From Alphaproteobacteria bacterium (GTDB lineage Bacteria > Pseudomonadota > Alphaproteobacteria > UBA828): a stretch of DNA of 64,000 bases. The notes below the pieces were generated by a model. That model made no database searches. It was not told where the DNA came from and saw only the letters and a list, made by a program, of their open reading frames with translations. Made by a program: the position numbers and the translations under genes. The stretch spans positions 2,112,001 to 2,176,000 of the forward strand of contig CBDCCI010000002.1 of assembly GCA_965214705.1 (NCBI GenBank). Direction: 5' to 3'. Positions 37,477 through 47,144 of this stretch are shown here, piece after piece (within the stretch, counting starts at the first letter, position 1; every line of letters begins with the position of its first letter).

Positions 37477-38298
37477 TTGTCCCTCAAAGGCTTCATGTTC
37501 CCGCGCTCCGGCAGCGGCCGGGCCTCCCTGCTGCCGCCCGTGCCGTGGCACTACTCCGGCCAGATGCTCACGCTGGAATACCGCACCGACCCGGACGCGG
37601 TGGCGGCGCTGATCCCACCGGGGCTCGCGCCGGCGGACGAGGACCCCGGCGCCGTGGCGCTCATCTGGGCGGAGTGGCAGAGCTGCTCCGACACGTTCGA
37701 GGAGCTGCTCGATCCGATCCGCGCGCAGTATCGGGAGATGTTCGTCGTCATTCGCTGCAAGTACCGGGGCCGGCACTACTCGCGCTGCGCCTACATCTGG
37801 GTCGATTCCGACTACGCCATGGTGCGCGGCCATCACCAGGGCTACCCCAAGAAGCTGGGCTCGATCTATCTGACGCGCCCGGTCACGGTGGGCCGGGCGG
37901 GACCGCGCCTGGAGCCCGGCGGGCGCTTCGGCGCGAGCCTCGCGGCCAACGACCGCCGCCTGCTGCACGCGACCTTCGAGATCGAGGCCGAGAGCGACCA
38001 TGCCGGCTTTGTCAACGCGCTGCCGATGGTGCACAACCGGTGGATGCCCGCGATCGAGGGCGACGGCAGCGACAGCCTGGACGAGCTGGTGACCATGTCC
38101 GCCTACGAGGGCGAGGTCGGCCGCTGCTTCCGCGGCAGCTTCGAGCTCTGGATCGGCGACTCCCCGGTGGAGGAGCTCACCCGGCTGCAGCCCCGCGAGA
38201 CGATCGCGGGCTACTGGCGTGAGGTGGCGATGTCCTGGCGCAGCGGCACGACGCTGGAGCGGCGCAACCTTCCCGAAATCGGGGGCGCCGACGCATGA
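37477..38298 (+). CDS. Acetoacetate decarboxylase family protein
   Basis: PWHYSG, YRE and GYPKKLG (Schiff-base Lys) motifs. Confidence 0.88.
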   Translation: MSLKGFMFPRSGSGRASLLPPVPWHYSGQMLTLEYRTDPDAVAALIPPGLAPADEDPGAVALIWAEWQSCSDTFEELLDPIRAQYREMFVVIRCKYRGRHYSRCAYIWVDSDYAMVRGHHQGYPKKLGSIYLTRPVTVGRAGPRLEPGGRFGASLAANDRRLLHATFEIEAESDHAGFVNALPMVHNRWMPAIEGDGSDSLDELVTMSAYEGEVGRCFRGSFELWIGDSPVEELTRLQPRETIAGYWREVAMSWRSGTTLERRNLPEIGGADA

Positions 38299-38789
38299 GC
38301 AGGGAGGTTGCGCTCACGTGGGAAGAGCGCGAGGCGCGCGCGCGGGTCGAGGGGCTGGGCATCGATATCGACGCCTTCGCGGCAGTCTCCAACGTCTTTC
38401 GCGTGGCCAACGCGGTGCGCAACTACATGGAGCGGAACCTGCTCGCCGAATACCGCCTCTCCTTCTCGGGCTTCACGGTGCTCTGGGTCCTGTGGGTGTG
38501 GGGGCCCAAGGAATCCAACGTCCTCGCCGAGGAATCGGGAATCTCCAAGAGCACGCTCACCGGCGTGGTGAAGACCCTGGAGGGACTGGGCTTCGCCATT
38601 CGCCGCCCCCATGCAGCCGACGGCCGGCGGGTGCTGGTGGAGGGGACCGAGACGGGGATGGCCACCGTGCGCGAGATCTTTCCCCGCTTCAACGCGCTGG
38701 AAGGCCAGATCACCCGCGACCTCTCCACCGCGGAGAAGGAGGAGCTCGCGCGTGCGCTCCGCGTCATGCTCCACACCGTCGAGGCCTGA
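38295..38789 (+). CDS. MarR family transcriptional regulator
   Basis: Winged HTH with DGRRVLV..TETG. Confidence 0.9.
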   Translation: MSREVALTWEEREARARVEGLGIDIDAFAAVSNVFRVANAVRNYMERNLLAEYRLSFSGFTVLWVLWVWGPKESNVLAEESGISKSTLTGVVKTLEGLGFAIRRPHAADGRRVLVEGTETGMATVREIFPRFNALEGQITRDLSTAEKEELARALRVMLHTVEA

Positions 38790-38816
38790 CCGCGTCCGCA
38801 CGACGAGAGGAATCCC

Positions 38817-39212
38817 ATGACAGCACCGATCTTCCACATGGCGGCCGGCGCACCCACGCCCGTCGCGCCCTTCAGCCACGCGGTCGAGGCCGATGGCTGG
38901 GTGTTCGTCACCGGCCAGATGCCCAACGACCCCGACGACGAGGCCGCGCCGCTCCCCGAGAGCATCAAAGGCCAGACCCATAACGTCATGGCCAATCTGA
39001 AGATCGTGCTCGCGTCCCTCGGCCTCGGGCTCGAGCACGTCATCGTCGCGCGGGTCTATCTCACGCACTTCAAGGAGGACTACGCGGCGATGAACGCGGT
39101 CTACGAGACCTATTTCGATCCCGAACAGCGCCCGGCGCGCACGTGCGTGGGCGTCACCGGACTCGCCCTCGATGCCCGTGTCGAGATCGACCTGTTGGCA
39201 AGGCGGCCCTGA
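38817..39212 (+). CDS. RidA family protein
   Basis: FSHAV, VTGQ, MNAVY, PARTCV and VEID motifs. Confidence 0.9.
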   Translation: MTAPIFHMAAGAPTPVAPFSHAVEADGWVFVTGQMPNDPDDEAAPLPESIKGQTHNVMANLKIVLASLGLGLEHVIVARVYLTHFKEDYAAMNAVYETYFDPEQRPARTCVGVTGLALDARVEIDLLARRP

Positions 39213-39231
39213 GGCGAATCGGCGGCGGCGA

Positions 39232-40104
39232 TCAGGGCGCGGAGTCGCCGGCCTCCTCCTGCACCGCGAAGAACGATGCGCGTATCGGCTGCTCGGGGAG
39301 CTCGATGGTCGCCTCGGCAAGGCGGGCACGGCGCGTAGGCCGGCCGCGCACCATCATGCCCTCGTTGCGGTTCGGCATGGGGTTGCGGGCGATGGGGAAC
39401 GCGTCCGCGGCGCTGTAGACACAGATATAGAGACCGCGCGGCGCTGACGAGCGGTTGGGCTCGGAGCCGTGCGCGAGCCGGGTGTGCATCAGGCAGACGC
39501 TGCCGGCGCTGCCGAGAACCGGCACCTCGTGCTCCCGTAGCGAGCGCTCCACGGTCGGCGCGACGAAGCCGGTGAAGCGCTCACCGTCGAAGAGCGAGTA
39601 CACCGGGCCGCGGTGGCTGCCGGGCACCGCCATGAGGCAGCCGTTCTCGGGCGTCATGTCGTCGAGCATGAGCAGAGCGGTCACGACATCGTCGTTCGTG
39701 TGCGGCGTGTAGGCGAAGTCCTGGTGGTAGCGCACCTCGGTGTTGGAGCCGGGCAGCTTGAGGTTGATCTTGCAGTGATGGTGCTTGACGTCGGGGCCGA
39801 TGAGGGCGGCGACCATGTCGGTCATCGCCGAATCGCGCATCACCTCCATGTAGGCGTCGTCGATCTCACTAGGGTTATTGACCCGTCGGAGTGCGGGCTG
39901 CTTCGCGTTGTGCTCGGGCGCCAGGTCGAAGCGCGGCCGCCCGTCGGTGGTCGGCTCGCCGAACGGCGCATCGTGGTCGCGGCTATCATCGACCCACCCC
40001 GCCAGGGCGCCCCGCAGGCGCGTGAGCTGGCGGCGGTCGACCGCGTTCTCGGCAACAATGAAGCCATCGCGCCAGAACGCATCGACTTCGTGCTTCGCGA
40101 TCAT
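39232..40104 (-). CDS. PhyH-family Fe(II)/2-oxoglutarate dioxygenase
   Basis: YHQD, ENGCL..VPGSH and HGS..NRS..PR motifs. Confidence 0.88.
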   Translation of the reverse strand: MIAKHEVDAFWRDGFIVAENAVDRRQLTRLRGALAGWVDDSRDHDAPFGEPTTDGRPRFDLAPEHNAKQPALRRVNNPSEIDDAYMEVMRDSAMTDMVAALIGPDVKHHHCKINLKLPGSNTEVRYHQDFAYTPHTNDDVVTALLMLDDMTPENGCLMAVPGSHRGPVYSLFDGERFTGFVAPTVERSLREHEVPVLGSAGSVCLMHTRLAHGSEPNRSSAPRGLYICVYSAADAFPIARNPMPNRNEGMMVRGRPTRRARLAEATIELPEQPIRASFFAVQEEAGDSAP

Positions 40105-40188
40105 GATCCGACCCTTCCCGCGCGCATGCGTCCCTGCCGTGCTCGGCCCGGCCCGGTGGAGGCGAACGATCTGGCGCAGGCCGAGGAT

Positions 40189-42309
40189 CTAAACCGCGCT
40201 CACCTCCACCAGCGTGTCGGAGAAGGTCGGCGCGTTGCCGTAGTCTGCGAAGGCCGGCGGGTTGATGGCATTCACCGTGCGGCCGTTGGGGCTGCTCTTC
40301 GCCCAATAGCCGAGCGGTGCGACCACCACACCGGGGCTCGCATCCTCGCTGACGTGCGCCACCGCATGGAAAGCGCCTCGATCGTTGAAGACCTGCACCG
40401 CGTTTCCGTCAGCGATGCCGCGGGCGCCCGCGTCGCTCGGATTGATCATCACCATCTGCTCGCCGGCGTGATGAAGCTGGGTATCCATATTGGCGTAGCA
40501 CGAGTTGAGGAAGGCGTGGGCCTTCGGTGAGAGCATGTTGAGCGGATAACGCGCGGCGAGCTCGGGGTTGGTGCGCGCTGACTCGTTCTGCGGAATGAAG
40601 TTTGGCAACGGGTCCAGCGGCTCGCCCGACTGATCGGCGGCATAGCCCTGGCGAAACAGCGGTAGCACCATGTTGCCGGCGGCCTCGGCAACCGACGACT
40701 TGAACTCCATCTTGCCGGAGGGCGTCGGGAAGTTGCCCTCGCGGTGCGGCACGAACTCCTCTGGCGAGCCGACCTTGAGCCGGGCATAGCCGGTCTGGCG
40801 CAGGACATCGAGGTCGATCCCCTCCAGCACCGGGTTGTCCCAGTCCAAGGCATCGAGCGCCATTTGCTCGTCCGACCGATCCCAGAAGGGGTCGTTGAAG
40901 CCCATGGCGCGGGCCAGGCGCCGGAACAGCTCGGTGTTGGATACCGCCTCGCCGAGCGGCGCGATCGCCGGCTCGTTGAGGGTCAGATAGAGGTGCCCCC
41001 ACGAGAACATGAGATCGAACTGCTCCAGCTGCGTGGTGGCGGGCAGCACGATGTCGGCGTAGAGCGCGGTATCAGTGAGGAAGTGCTCGCTCACGACAGT
41101 GAACAAGTCCTCGCGCGAGAGACCCTGCAGCATCTTGTCCTGCTCCGGCGCCACCACGACCGGATTCGAGTTGTAGACGAAGAGCGAATTGACCTTGTGG
41201 TCGAGCTCGCCCGCGAGCGCCGGGCCGAGCCGCCACTGGTTGATCACCGGTGTGCCTTCGCGGATCCAGTCGGGGCGACTGAGATCGTCCCACTTCATCG
41301 GAAACGCCCAAATCGGCATGTGCAGGATGCCGCCGCCGCAATGCCGCCAGGAGCCGACCAGGGCGGGGATGCAGGACATCGCCCGCACGGCGTTGCCGCC
41401 GGAGGCGTTGCGTTCGATCGCCACCCCCATGCGGATCACCGAGGGCTGCGTGGTCGCGAACTCCCGCGCCAGCGTGTGGATGTCGTCCGCCGCAATCCCG
41501 GTGATCTCAGCGACCTTATCCGGCGGGAAGTTCGCTGCGCGCTCGGCCAGTTCGTCGTAGCCGACGGTGTACTTCTCGACGTAGTCGTGATCGACCAGGT
41601 CCTCGGCGATGATCACGTTGATCATACCGAGCGCCAGAGCGGCGTCGGTGCCGGGCTTGATCGGCAGGTGCCAGTCGGCCTGCTTTGCCGTGCGGGTCGC
41701 GACCGGATCGATCACTACCACTTTGGCGCCGCGGCGCTGTGCCTCGGCAATGAAGGGCCAGTGGTGCAGGTTGTTGCTGATGGTGTTGATCGCCCAGAGG
41801 ACGATGTACTTCGAGTAGACGAAACTCTCGGGATCGACCGCGGCGGTCGGCCCGCAGGACATGAAGAAGGCCGTGATCGCGGCAGAGTCGCAGAAGGTCC
41901 GTTCCGAGACCGCAGCGCCGAGCTTGTTGAAGAAGGCATCGCCGGAATTGAGACCGTTCAGGATGCCCTCGGTGCCGAGATAGCTGTAGGGCAGAATTGT
42001 GCTCGGCCCGTCCTTGTCGATGATGTCGTTCCACCGGCGCGAAATTTCCTCAAGCGCGTCGTCCCAGGAAATTTGTTCGAATTCGCCGGCGCCCTTCGCT
42101 CCCGTGCGGCGCAGCGGATGCAGCACGCGATCCTTGCTATAGACCCGATTCTGGTAGTCGTTGACCTTGACGCAGAGACCGCCCTGAGTGAACGGGTGAT
42201 CCGGGTTGCCGCGCACCTGGGTCACCTTGCCGTCCTCGACGGTGGTGAGCATGGCGCACGTGTCTGGGCAATCGTGAGGACAAGCGCTGAAGACGGTGGT
42301 CTCTGCCAT
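40189..42309 (-). CDS. Molybdopterin oxidoreductase (DMSO reductase superfamily)
   Basis: N-terminal CPHDCPDTC...C Fe-S motif, TDTALYADIVLPAT, C-terminal dinucleotide-binding domain. Confidence 0.92.
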   Translation of the reverse strand: MAETTVFSACPHDCPDTCAMLTTVEDGKVTQVRGNPDHPFTQGGLCVKVNDYQNRVYSKDRVLHPLRRTGAKGAGEFEQISWDDALEEISRRWNDIIDKDGPSTILPYSYLGTEGILNGLNSGDAFFNKLGAAVSERTFCDSAAITAFFMSCGPTAAVDPESFVYSKYIVLWAINTISNNLHHWPFIAEAQRRGAKVVVIDPVATRTAKQADWHLPIKPGTDAALALGMINVIIAEDLVDHDYVEKYTVGYDELAERAANFPPDKVAEITGIAADDIHTLAREFATTQPSVIRMGVAIERNASGGNAVRAMSCIPALVGSWRHCGGGILHMPIWAFPMKWDDLSRPDWIREGTPVINQWRLGPALAGELDHKVNSLFVYNSNPVVVAPEQDKMLQGLSREDLFTVVSEHFLTDTALYADIVLPATTQLEQFDLMFSWGHLYLTLNEPAIAPLGEAVSNTELFRRLARAMGFNDPFWDRSDEQMALDALDWDNPVLEGIDLDVLRQTGYARLKVGSPEEFVPHREGNFPTPSGKMEFKSSVAEAAGNMVLPLFRQGYAADQSGEPLDPLPNFIPQNESARTNPELAARYPLNMLSPKAHAFLNSCYANMDTQLHHAGEQMVMINPSDAGARGIADGNAVQVFNDRGAFHAVAHVSEDASPGVVVAPLGYWAKSSPNGRTVNAINPPAFADYGNAPTFSDTLVEVSAV

Positions 42310-42411
42310 GTGTCTATCCCCCCTTTTGTGACGAGCATGATATAGGCAAGTCCGCGCGGCTGGCTACGCGCATCGCCGCGCTAACCGGTATCGGAGAGGG
42401 GCGGCGCGCAC

Positions 42412-42924
42412 ATGGCTGACGGAGACGGCGGCAGAGGCATAGACAAGGGTCTCTTCACGATGGCCTTCGGCCGCGACGTGGACTTCCACGATACATATCC
42501 GCAAGTGGTCTACCTCGACCGGCAGACGGGCGGCATCGTCTGGCTCTACGAGACGGACGACAACGCCTACATGGAGGTCGGCATACCCGCCGAGGAGAAT
42601 CGCCAGGAGCGCGAAGCAGTCGACGCTGCGCCGGAGCGTTATCTGGAGATACCCGGCCTCGATCACGACGATCACCATCGGATTCTCAGGCGATTCCTGA
42701 TGTCGGATTGGACCCGCGACAAGGAGCGGAGACAGCGGGCGGAAGACGCCTACAGGGGCTCGATCGGCAAGTGGAAACGGGACGTCAGAGACGAGGCCGC
42801 CGTCGACGCCTTCTATGCGTTCCGGGAAGCGGAAATCGTGGCGATGGCCGAGGAGTTCCTGCGGGAGAACGATATCGAGCCGATCTGGAAGTCGTATGGC
42901 GAAGGGTCGCCCGCTGAGGGATGA
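42412..42924 (+). CDS. UPF0158-like protein
   Basis: YLDRQTGGIV...RYLEIP...EFLRENDIE pattern. Confidence 0.7.
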   Translation: MADGDGGRGIDKGLFTMAFGRDVDFHDTYPQVVYLDRQTGGIVWLYETDDNAYMEVGIPAEENRQEREAVDAAPERYLEIPGLDHDDHHRILRRFLMSDWTRDKERRQRAEDAYRGSIGKWKRDVRDEAAVDAFYAFREAEIVAMAEEFLRENDIEPIWKSYGEGSPAEG

Positions 42925-42956
42925 GGACCGGCGGACGCCCGGTGGAACGCCACAGT

Positions 42957-43772
42957 TTATCCCAGCGACGGACTGCGGCGTTCCAGAAAATCTCTGAGGG
43001 CGCCGGCACACTCCGGCCCGTGCGAATAGGCAACGCCATGGCGAGCGCCGGCAACCACGTGCATCTCGCAATCGGGCATGGCACGCAGTCGCTCGACCTG
43101 CGTCTCGAGTGACACGAATGGGCTGTCGTCGGGCGCGATCAGGAGGGTGGAAACCTGGATGTCGCCAAGCGCCTCCGTGAGATCCACCTGCACCAGCATG
43201 TCGACGAGGTCGACGCAGGCCTGTGGCGCCGAGGCGCGTTGCGTGTCGTGGAACCAGCGCTCCATCGCGGGTCTCAGGCAACCTGCGGGGAAGCGGAGCG
43301 GCATGAGCTTGGCCGACCATTCGTCCATCCCCAGCCCGTGGACATCGTCCCGGAGCGCCTGCGCCCGCCCGATCGTGCCGCCCCGGTGAGCCGCCGAAAC
43401 CATGGTCAGCGTTTGAAGGCGTCCCGGATGATGCGCGGCGAGATGGAGGCCCACGGTGCCGCCCGTCGATTCGCCGACGAAGTGCACCCGCTGCGGCCCG
43501 AGCGCGGCGAGCACGTCGAGAACATCGTCGGCCATCGCGTCGATGGACCAATCGGCGCCCTCCGCCGGGACGAAGGACCGGCCGAAGCCGCGCAGGTCCA
43601 TTCGGATGATCCGATAGCGGTCCGCCAGGATCGGCAGCCACGTGATCCAGATGTCGGAATCGACGGCGAGCCCGTGGAGAAAGAGGATGGTTTCGCGCGG
43701 CTCCTGCCACGGGGGCACGATGTCGCAGAGCTCGTAGTGGATGTCCCCTTCGGAACGTTCCAGCATCGGCAT
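42957..43772 (-). CDS. Alpha/beta fold hydrolase
   Basis: LHG, DLRGFGRS and nucleophile GESTGG. Confidence 0.88.
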   Translation of the reverse strand: MPMLERSEGDIHYELCDIVPPWQEPRETILFLHGLAVDSDIWITWLPILADRYRIIRMDLRGFGRSFVPAEGADWSIDAMADDVLDVLAALGPQRVHFVGESTGGTVGLHLAAHHPGRLQTLTMVSAAHRGGTIGRAQALRDDVHGLGMDEWSAKLMPLRFPAGCLRPAMERWFHDTQRASAPQACVDLVDMLVQVDLTEALGDIQVSTLLIAPDDSPFVSLETQVERLRAMPDCEMHVVAGARHGVAYSHGPECAGALRDFLERRSPSLG

Positions 43773-43787
43773 GGCATCGCCTCCGGC

Positions 43788-44102
43788 TCAGGGTTCGACG
43801 AGCGCGTAGATCGCGCCGTCCTCGACGACGAGGTCATAGCTCTGAATGGGCTCGGTGCAGGGCGGCTCCACCGGCTGGCCGGTCTTGATCTCGAAGCAGC
43901 CGCCGTGGAGCGGGCATTCGATGATGTCGCCGTCCATGAAACCCTGGGAGAGCCAGGCCTGGCTATGGGAACACGTGTCGTCGGTGGCGAAGAACGCGCC
44001 GTCCAGGTTGTAGACCGCGACCGGCGGCAGGCCGTCGGTCTCGACCCGCAGGATCTCGCCCGCGTAGACTTCATCGACGCGGCAAAGCAGGATCTTCGCC
44101 AT
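43788..44102 (-). CDS. Rieske [2Fe-2S] ferredoxin (dioxygenase-type)
   Basis: CSH...CPLH ligands. Confidence 0.92.
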   Translation of the reverse strand: MAKILLCRVDEVYAGEILRVETDGLPPVAVYNLDGAFFATDDTCSHSQAWLSQGFMDGDIIECPLHGGCFEIKTGQPVEPPCTEPIQSYDLVVEDGAIYALVEP

Positions 44103-44227
44103 CTTCCGCGTATCTTCCGGCCTGGCGTTATGTTGCGGCCCCAGCGCATGTTCCGGCGCCGGGTCGTGTCCGGGCGATGGAGTGTCTGAATTCTGCGATC
44201 GGTTGACAAGCGAGCGACGCGCTGGCG

Positions 44228-44435
44228 TTGCGCGGCTTCAGGCCGGGCGCTACAGTCGCCGCGCCGATGCGGCCTTAGCGGGCCGAGTGACCGCCCGAAC
44301 GACGGAACGGTCGGTCCCCGTCGGCGACGGCCGAGGCGCCGTGGAGGTGCGGGAGCGCTCGCTCCAGTCGGAACCAGCCTCATGCACGCAAGTTAAGGAA
44401 GAGGCGCGAGCCCCGCAGGGGCCGCGACGCGCGAC
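44228..44435 (+). promoter_or_regulatory. Sigma70 promoter and long structured 5' leader of modABC (candidate riboswitch/ncRNA)
   Basis: TTGCGC-N17-TACAGT; 44269-44284 can pair with 44410-44425, enclosing several hairpins. Confidence 0.4.
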
Positions 44436-45239
44436 GTGTGGCATGGAAGTGGCAACCGGCGGCGGCGGCGATCCTCGGTGCTTCGGGCGGCATGGCTAGT
44501 GCTCGCCGCGCTCTCCGCCTGCTGCTGGGCGGGGCCGGCGGCAGCCGAGCGGGTGATCGTGCTCGCGGCCGCGAGTGCCGCACACGTGATCGACGAGGTG
44601 ATCGAACGTTTCGAGGCGGGTCCCGACTACAGTGTCGTGGCCTCCTATGCGGGCACCTCCGCGCTCGCACGCCAGATCGAGAGCGGTGCGCCCGCCGATA
44701 TCTTCCTCGCCGCCAACGCGGCCTGGATGGACCATGTGGAGGCGCAAGGCCTGATCGAGCCCGGTAGCCGGCGCGTGCTCGCCGGCAATCGGCTGGTGTT
44801 CGTCACCGGTCTCAGCGACGTGGCGCCCTTCGAGCCCTCCGCGGCACTCGATCTTCCCGCATTGCTGGACGGCGGGCGGCTCGCCATCGGCAACCCCGAC
44901 CACGTGCCGGCTGGCATTTACGCACGCCGGGCGCTGGAAGCGCTCGGTCTATGGCCCGACCTGCAGAGCCAACTCGCGCCGGCGGCCGACGTGCGTGCGG
45001 CGCTCGCGCTGGTAGCGCGTGGCGAGGCGCCGCTCGGCATCGTCTACGCCACCGATGCCGCCCTCGTCGAAGGGGTGCATGTGGTGGGGACGATCCCGGC
45101 CGCGCTGCATGAGCCCATCGTGTATCCGGTCGCCTTGATCGAAGGTCGCGACACGCCGCTCGCGACGCGCTTCTTCGAATTCCTCACTGGACCCGAGGGC
45201 CGGGCGGCCTTCGCCCGCGCCGGCTTCCTCGTCGACTGA
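44436..45239 (+). CDS. modA: Molybdate ABC transporter substrate-binding protein
   Basis: AAAS, ALARQIESGAPADIF, VPAGIYA and GIVYATDA motifs. Confidence 0.93.
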   Translation: MWHGSGNRRRRRSSVLRAAWLVLAALSACCWAGPAAAERVIVLAAASAAHVIDEVIERFEAGPDYSVVASYAGTSALARQIESGAPADIFLAANAAWMDHVEAQGLIEPGSRRVLAGNRLVFVTGLSDVAPFEPSAALDLPALLDGGRLAIGNPDHVPAGIYARRALEALGLWPDLQSQLAPAADVRAALALVARGEAPLGIVYATDAALVEGVHVVGTIPAALHEPIVYPVALIEGRDTPLATRFFEFLTGPEGRAAFARAGFLVD

Positions 45240-45251
45240 GAGACCGGACGG

Positions 45252-45941
45252 ATGGCGCTCACGCCGCTGGAGGTCGAAGCGATCCAACTCAGCCTGCGGG
45301 TGGCGGGCTGGGCGGTTCTGATCAGCCTGCCGCTCGGCATCGCCGTCGCCTGGCTGCTGTCGCGCTATCGCTTCCCCGGCCGGGAGTTCCTCAACGGAGT
45401 GGTTCACCTGCCGTTGGTGCTGCCGCCGGTGGTGGTGGGCTTCGTGCTGCTGTTGCTGCTCGGCAGGCGGGGACCGCTCGGCGCATGGCTCGACGACTGG
45501 TTCGGCATCACCCTCGCCTTCACCTGGCAGGGCGCGGCGGTGGCCTCGGCCGTGGTCTCCTTCCCGCTCATGGTGCGCGCGATCCGCCTCTCCATCGAGG
45601 GCATGGACCGGCGGCTGGAGACCGCCGCGCGCACGCTCGGCGCCCCGCCCGTCTGGGTGTTCGTGACCATAAGCCTGCCGCTCATCGCGCCCGGCGTGCT
45701 CACCGGCGTCATCCTCGCCTTCGCCCGTTGCCTGGGCGAGTTCGGCGCGACCATCACCTTCGTCTCCAACATCCCCGGCGAGACCCGGACCCTGCCGCTC
45801 GCGCTCTACACCTACACGCAGGTGCCGGGCGGCCTCGACGGCGCCTTCCGCCTTATGGTGATCGCCATCGTCATCGCCTTCGCCGCGCTGATCGGCTCCG
45901 AGTTCTTGGCGCGCATCGTCAAGCACCGGCTGGAGGGGTAA
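45252..45941 (+). CDS. modB: Molybdate ABC permease
   Basis: LPLVLPPVVVG and GEFGATI motifs. Confidence 0.95.
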   Translation: MALTPLEVEAIQLSLRVAGWAVLISLPLGIAVAWLLSRYRFPGREFLNGVVHLPLVLPPVVVGFVLLLLLGRRGPLGAWLDDWFGITLAFTWQGAAVASAVVSFPLMVRAIRLSIEGMDRRLETAARTLGAPPVWVFVTISLPLIAPGVLTGVILAFARCLGEFGATITFVSNIPGETRTLPLALYTYTQVPGGLDGAFRLMVIAIVIAFAALIGSEFLARIVKHRLEG

Positions 45942-47044
45942 TGCTGACGGTCCAGGCCCGACTCACCCGCGGCGAGTTCACGCTTGATGCGTCCTTCGGC
46001 GCAGAGGCCGACGGCGTGGTGGCGCTGTTCGGTGTCTCGGGCGCCGGCAAGACCACGCTGGCCGATGCCATCGCGGGTCTCGTGCGGCCCGAGGCGGGGC
46101 GGATCGCGCTCGAAGACCGCGTGCTCTTCGATGCGGAGGCCGGGATCAACCTCAAGCCGGAACGCCGCCGGATCGGCTACGTGTTTCAGGACGGGCGCCT
46201 CTTCCCCCACCTCAGCGTGCGCCGCAACCTGCTCTACGGGCTCCGCTTCGCGCCGCGCGACCGGCGCTACGCGACGCTGGAGAGGATCGTGACACTGCTC
46301 GGCCTGGAGGCGCTGCTGCAGCGCCGGCCCGGCACCCTCTCGGGCGGCGAGCGTCAGCGCGTGGCGCTCGGGCGCGCGCTCATGGCACAGCCCGAGCTGC
46401 TGCTCATGGACGAGCCACTGGCCGCGCTTGACTTGCCGCGCAAGGCGCAAGTCATCGACTACATCGAGCGGCTGCGCGACGAGATCGGCGTGCCCATTGT
46501 CTTCGTCAGCCACGCGGTGGACGAGGTCGCGCGCCTCGCCGGAACGATCGTGGTCATGGCGGGCGGCAGGGTCGCCGCCGCGGGCCCCGCCGCAGAGGTC
46601 ATGGCGCGGCTCGACCTCGACCCGCTCGCCGGGATCGAGGCCGCCGGCGCGGTGCTGGACGCGACAGTGCAGCGCCACGACGCGGCCTATGGGCTCACAG
46701 AGCTCGCGGTGCCGGGCGGCATCCTCCGCGTGCCGCGCCTCAGGCTTGCGCCGGGACGGCGGCTCAGGGTCCGCGTGCGGGCGCGGGACGTGTCACTCGC
46801 GACCGCCGAGCCGCGCGAGACCAGCGTCCTCAACGTCTTCCGCGGCCGGGTCGTGGAGATCGGCCCGCGCCGCGGCGCCTCGGTCGACGTGGCGGTCGAT
46901 ATCGGCGCCCGTCTGACGGCGCGGATCACGGCGCGATCGGCCGATGCGCTGGGCCTTGCCCCCGGCTCCGAAGTCTATGCGCTGGTCAAGAGCGTCGCGG
47001 TCGATCCGGCGTCGCTGGTGCAGACCGAACAGAACGACGCCTGA
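45941..47044 (+). CDS. modC: Molybdate ABC ATP-binding protein
   Basis: GVSGAGKTT, VFQDGRLFPHL, C-terminal TOBE/Mop domain. Confidence 0.95.
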   Translation: MLTVQARLTRGEFTLDASFGAEADGVVALFGVSGAGKTTLADAIAGLVRPEAGRIALEDRVLFDAEAGINLKPERRRIGYVFQDGRLFPHLSVRRNLLYGLRFAPRDRRYATLERIVTLLGLEALLQRRPGTLSGGERQRVALGRALMAQPELLLMDEPLAALDLPRKAQVIDYIERLRDEIGVPIVFVSHAVDEVARLAGTIVVMAGGRVAAAGPAAEVMARLDLDPLAGIEAAGAVLDATVQRHDAAYGLTELAVPGGILRVPRLRLAPGRRLRVRVRARDVSLATAEPRETSVLNVFRGRVVEIGPRRGASVDVAVDIGARLTARITARSADALGLAPGSEVYALVKSVAVDPASLVQTEQNDA

Positions 47045-47144
47045 AGCTGCGCGGCAACGCGAGAAGCCGGCGCGCCTGTTGCCGTCGCCGATTTGTTCCC
47101 CTTACCATCCCGAGGCGGGGCAATTGCCAGACTGGGAGGGCAAC

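Noticed and set aside
44255-44435. 6S RNA assignment
   Set aside because: Length and closing stem fit loosely, but the usual zapA/ygfA context and recognisable alphaproteobacterial 6S motifs are absent.
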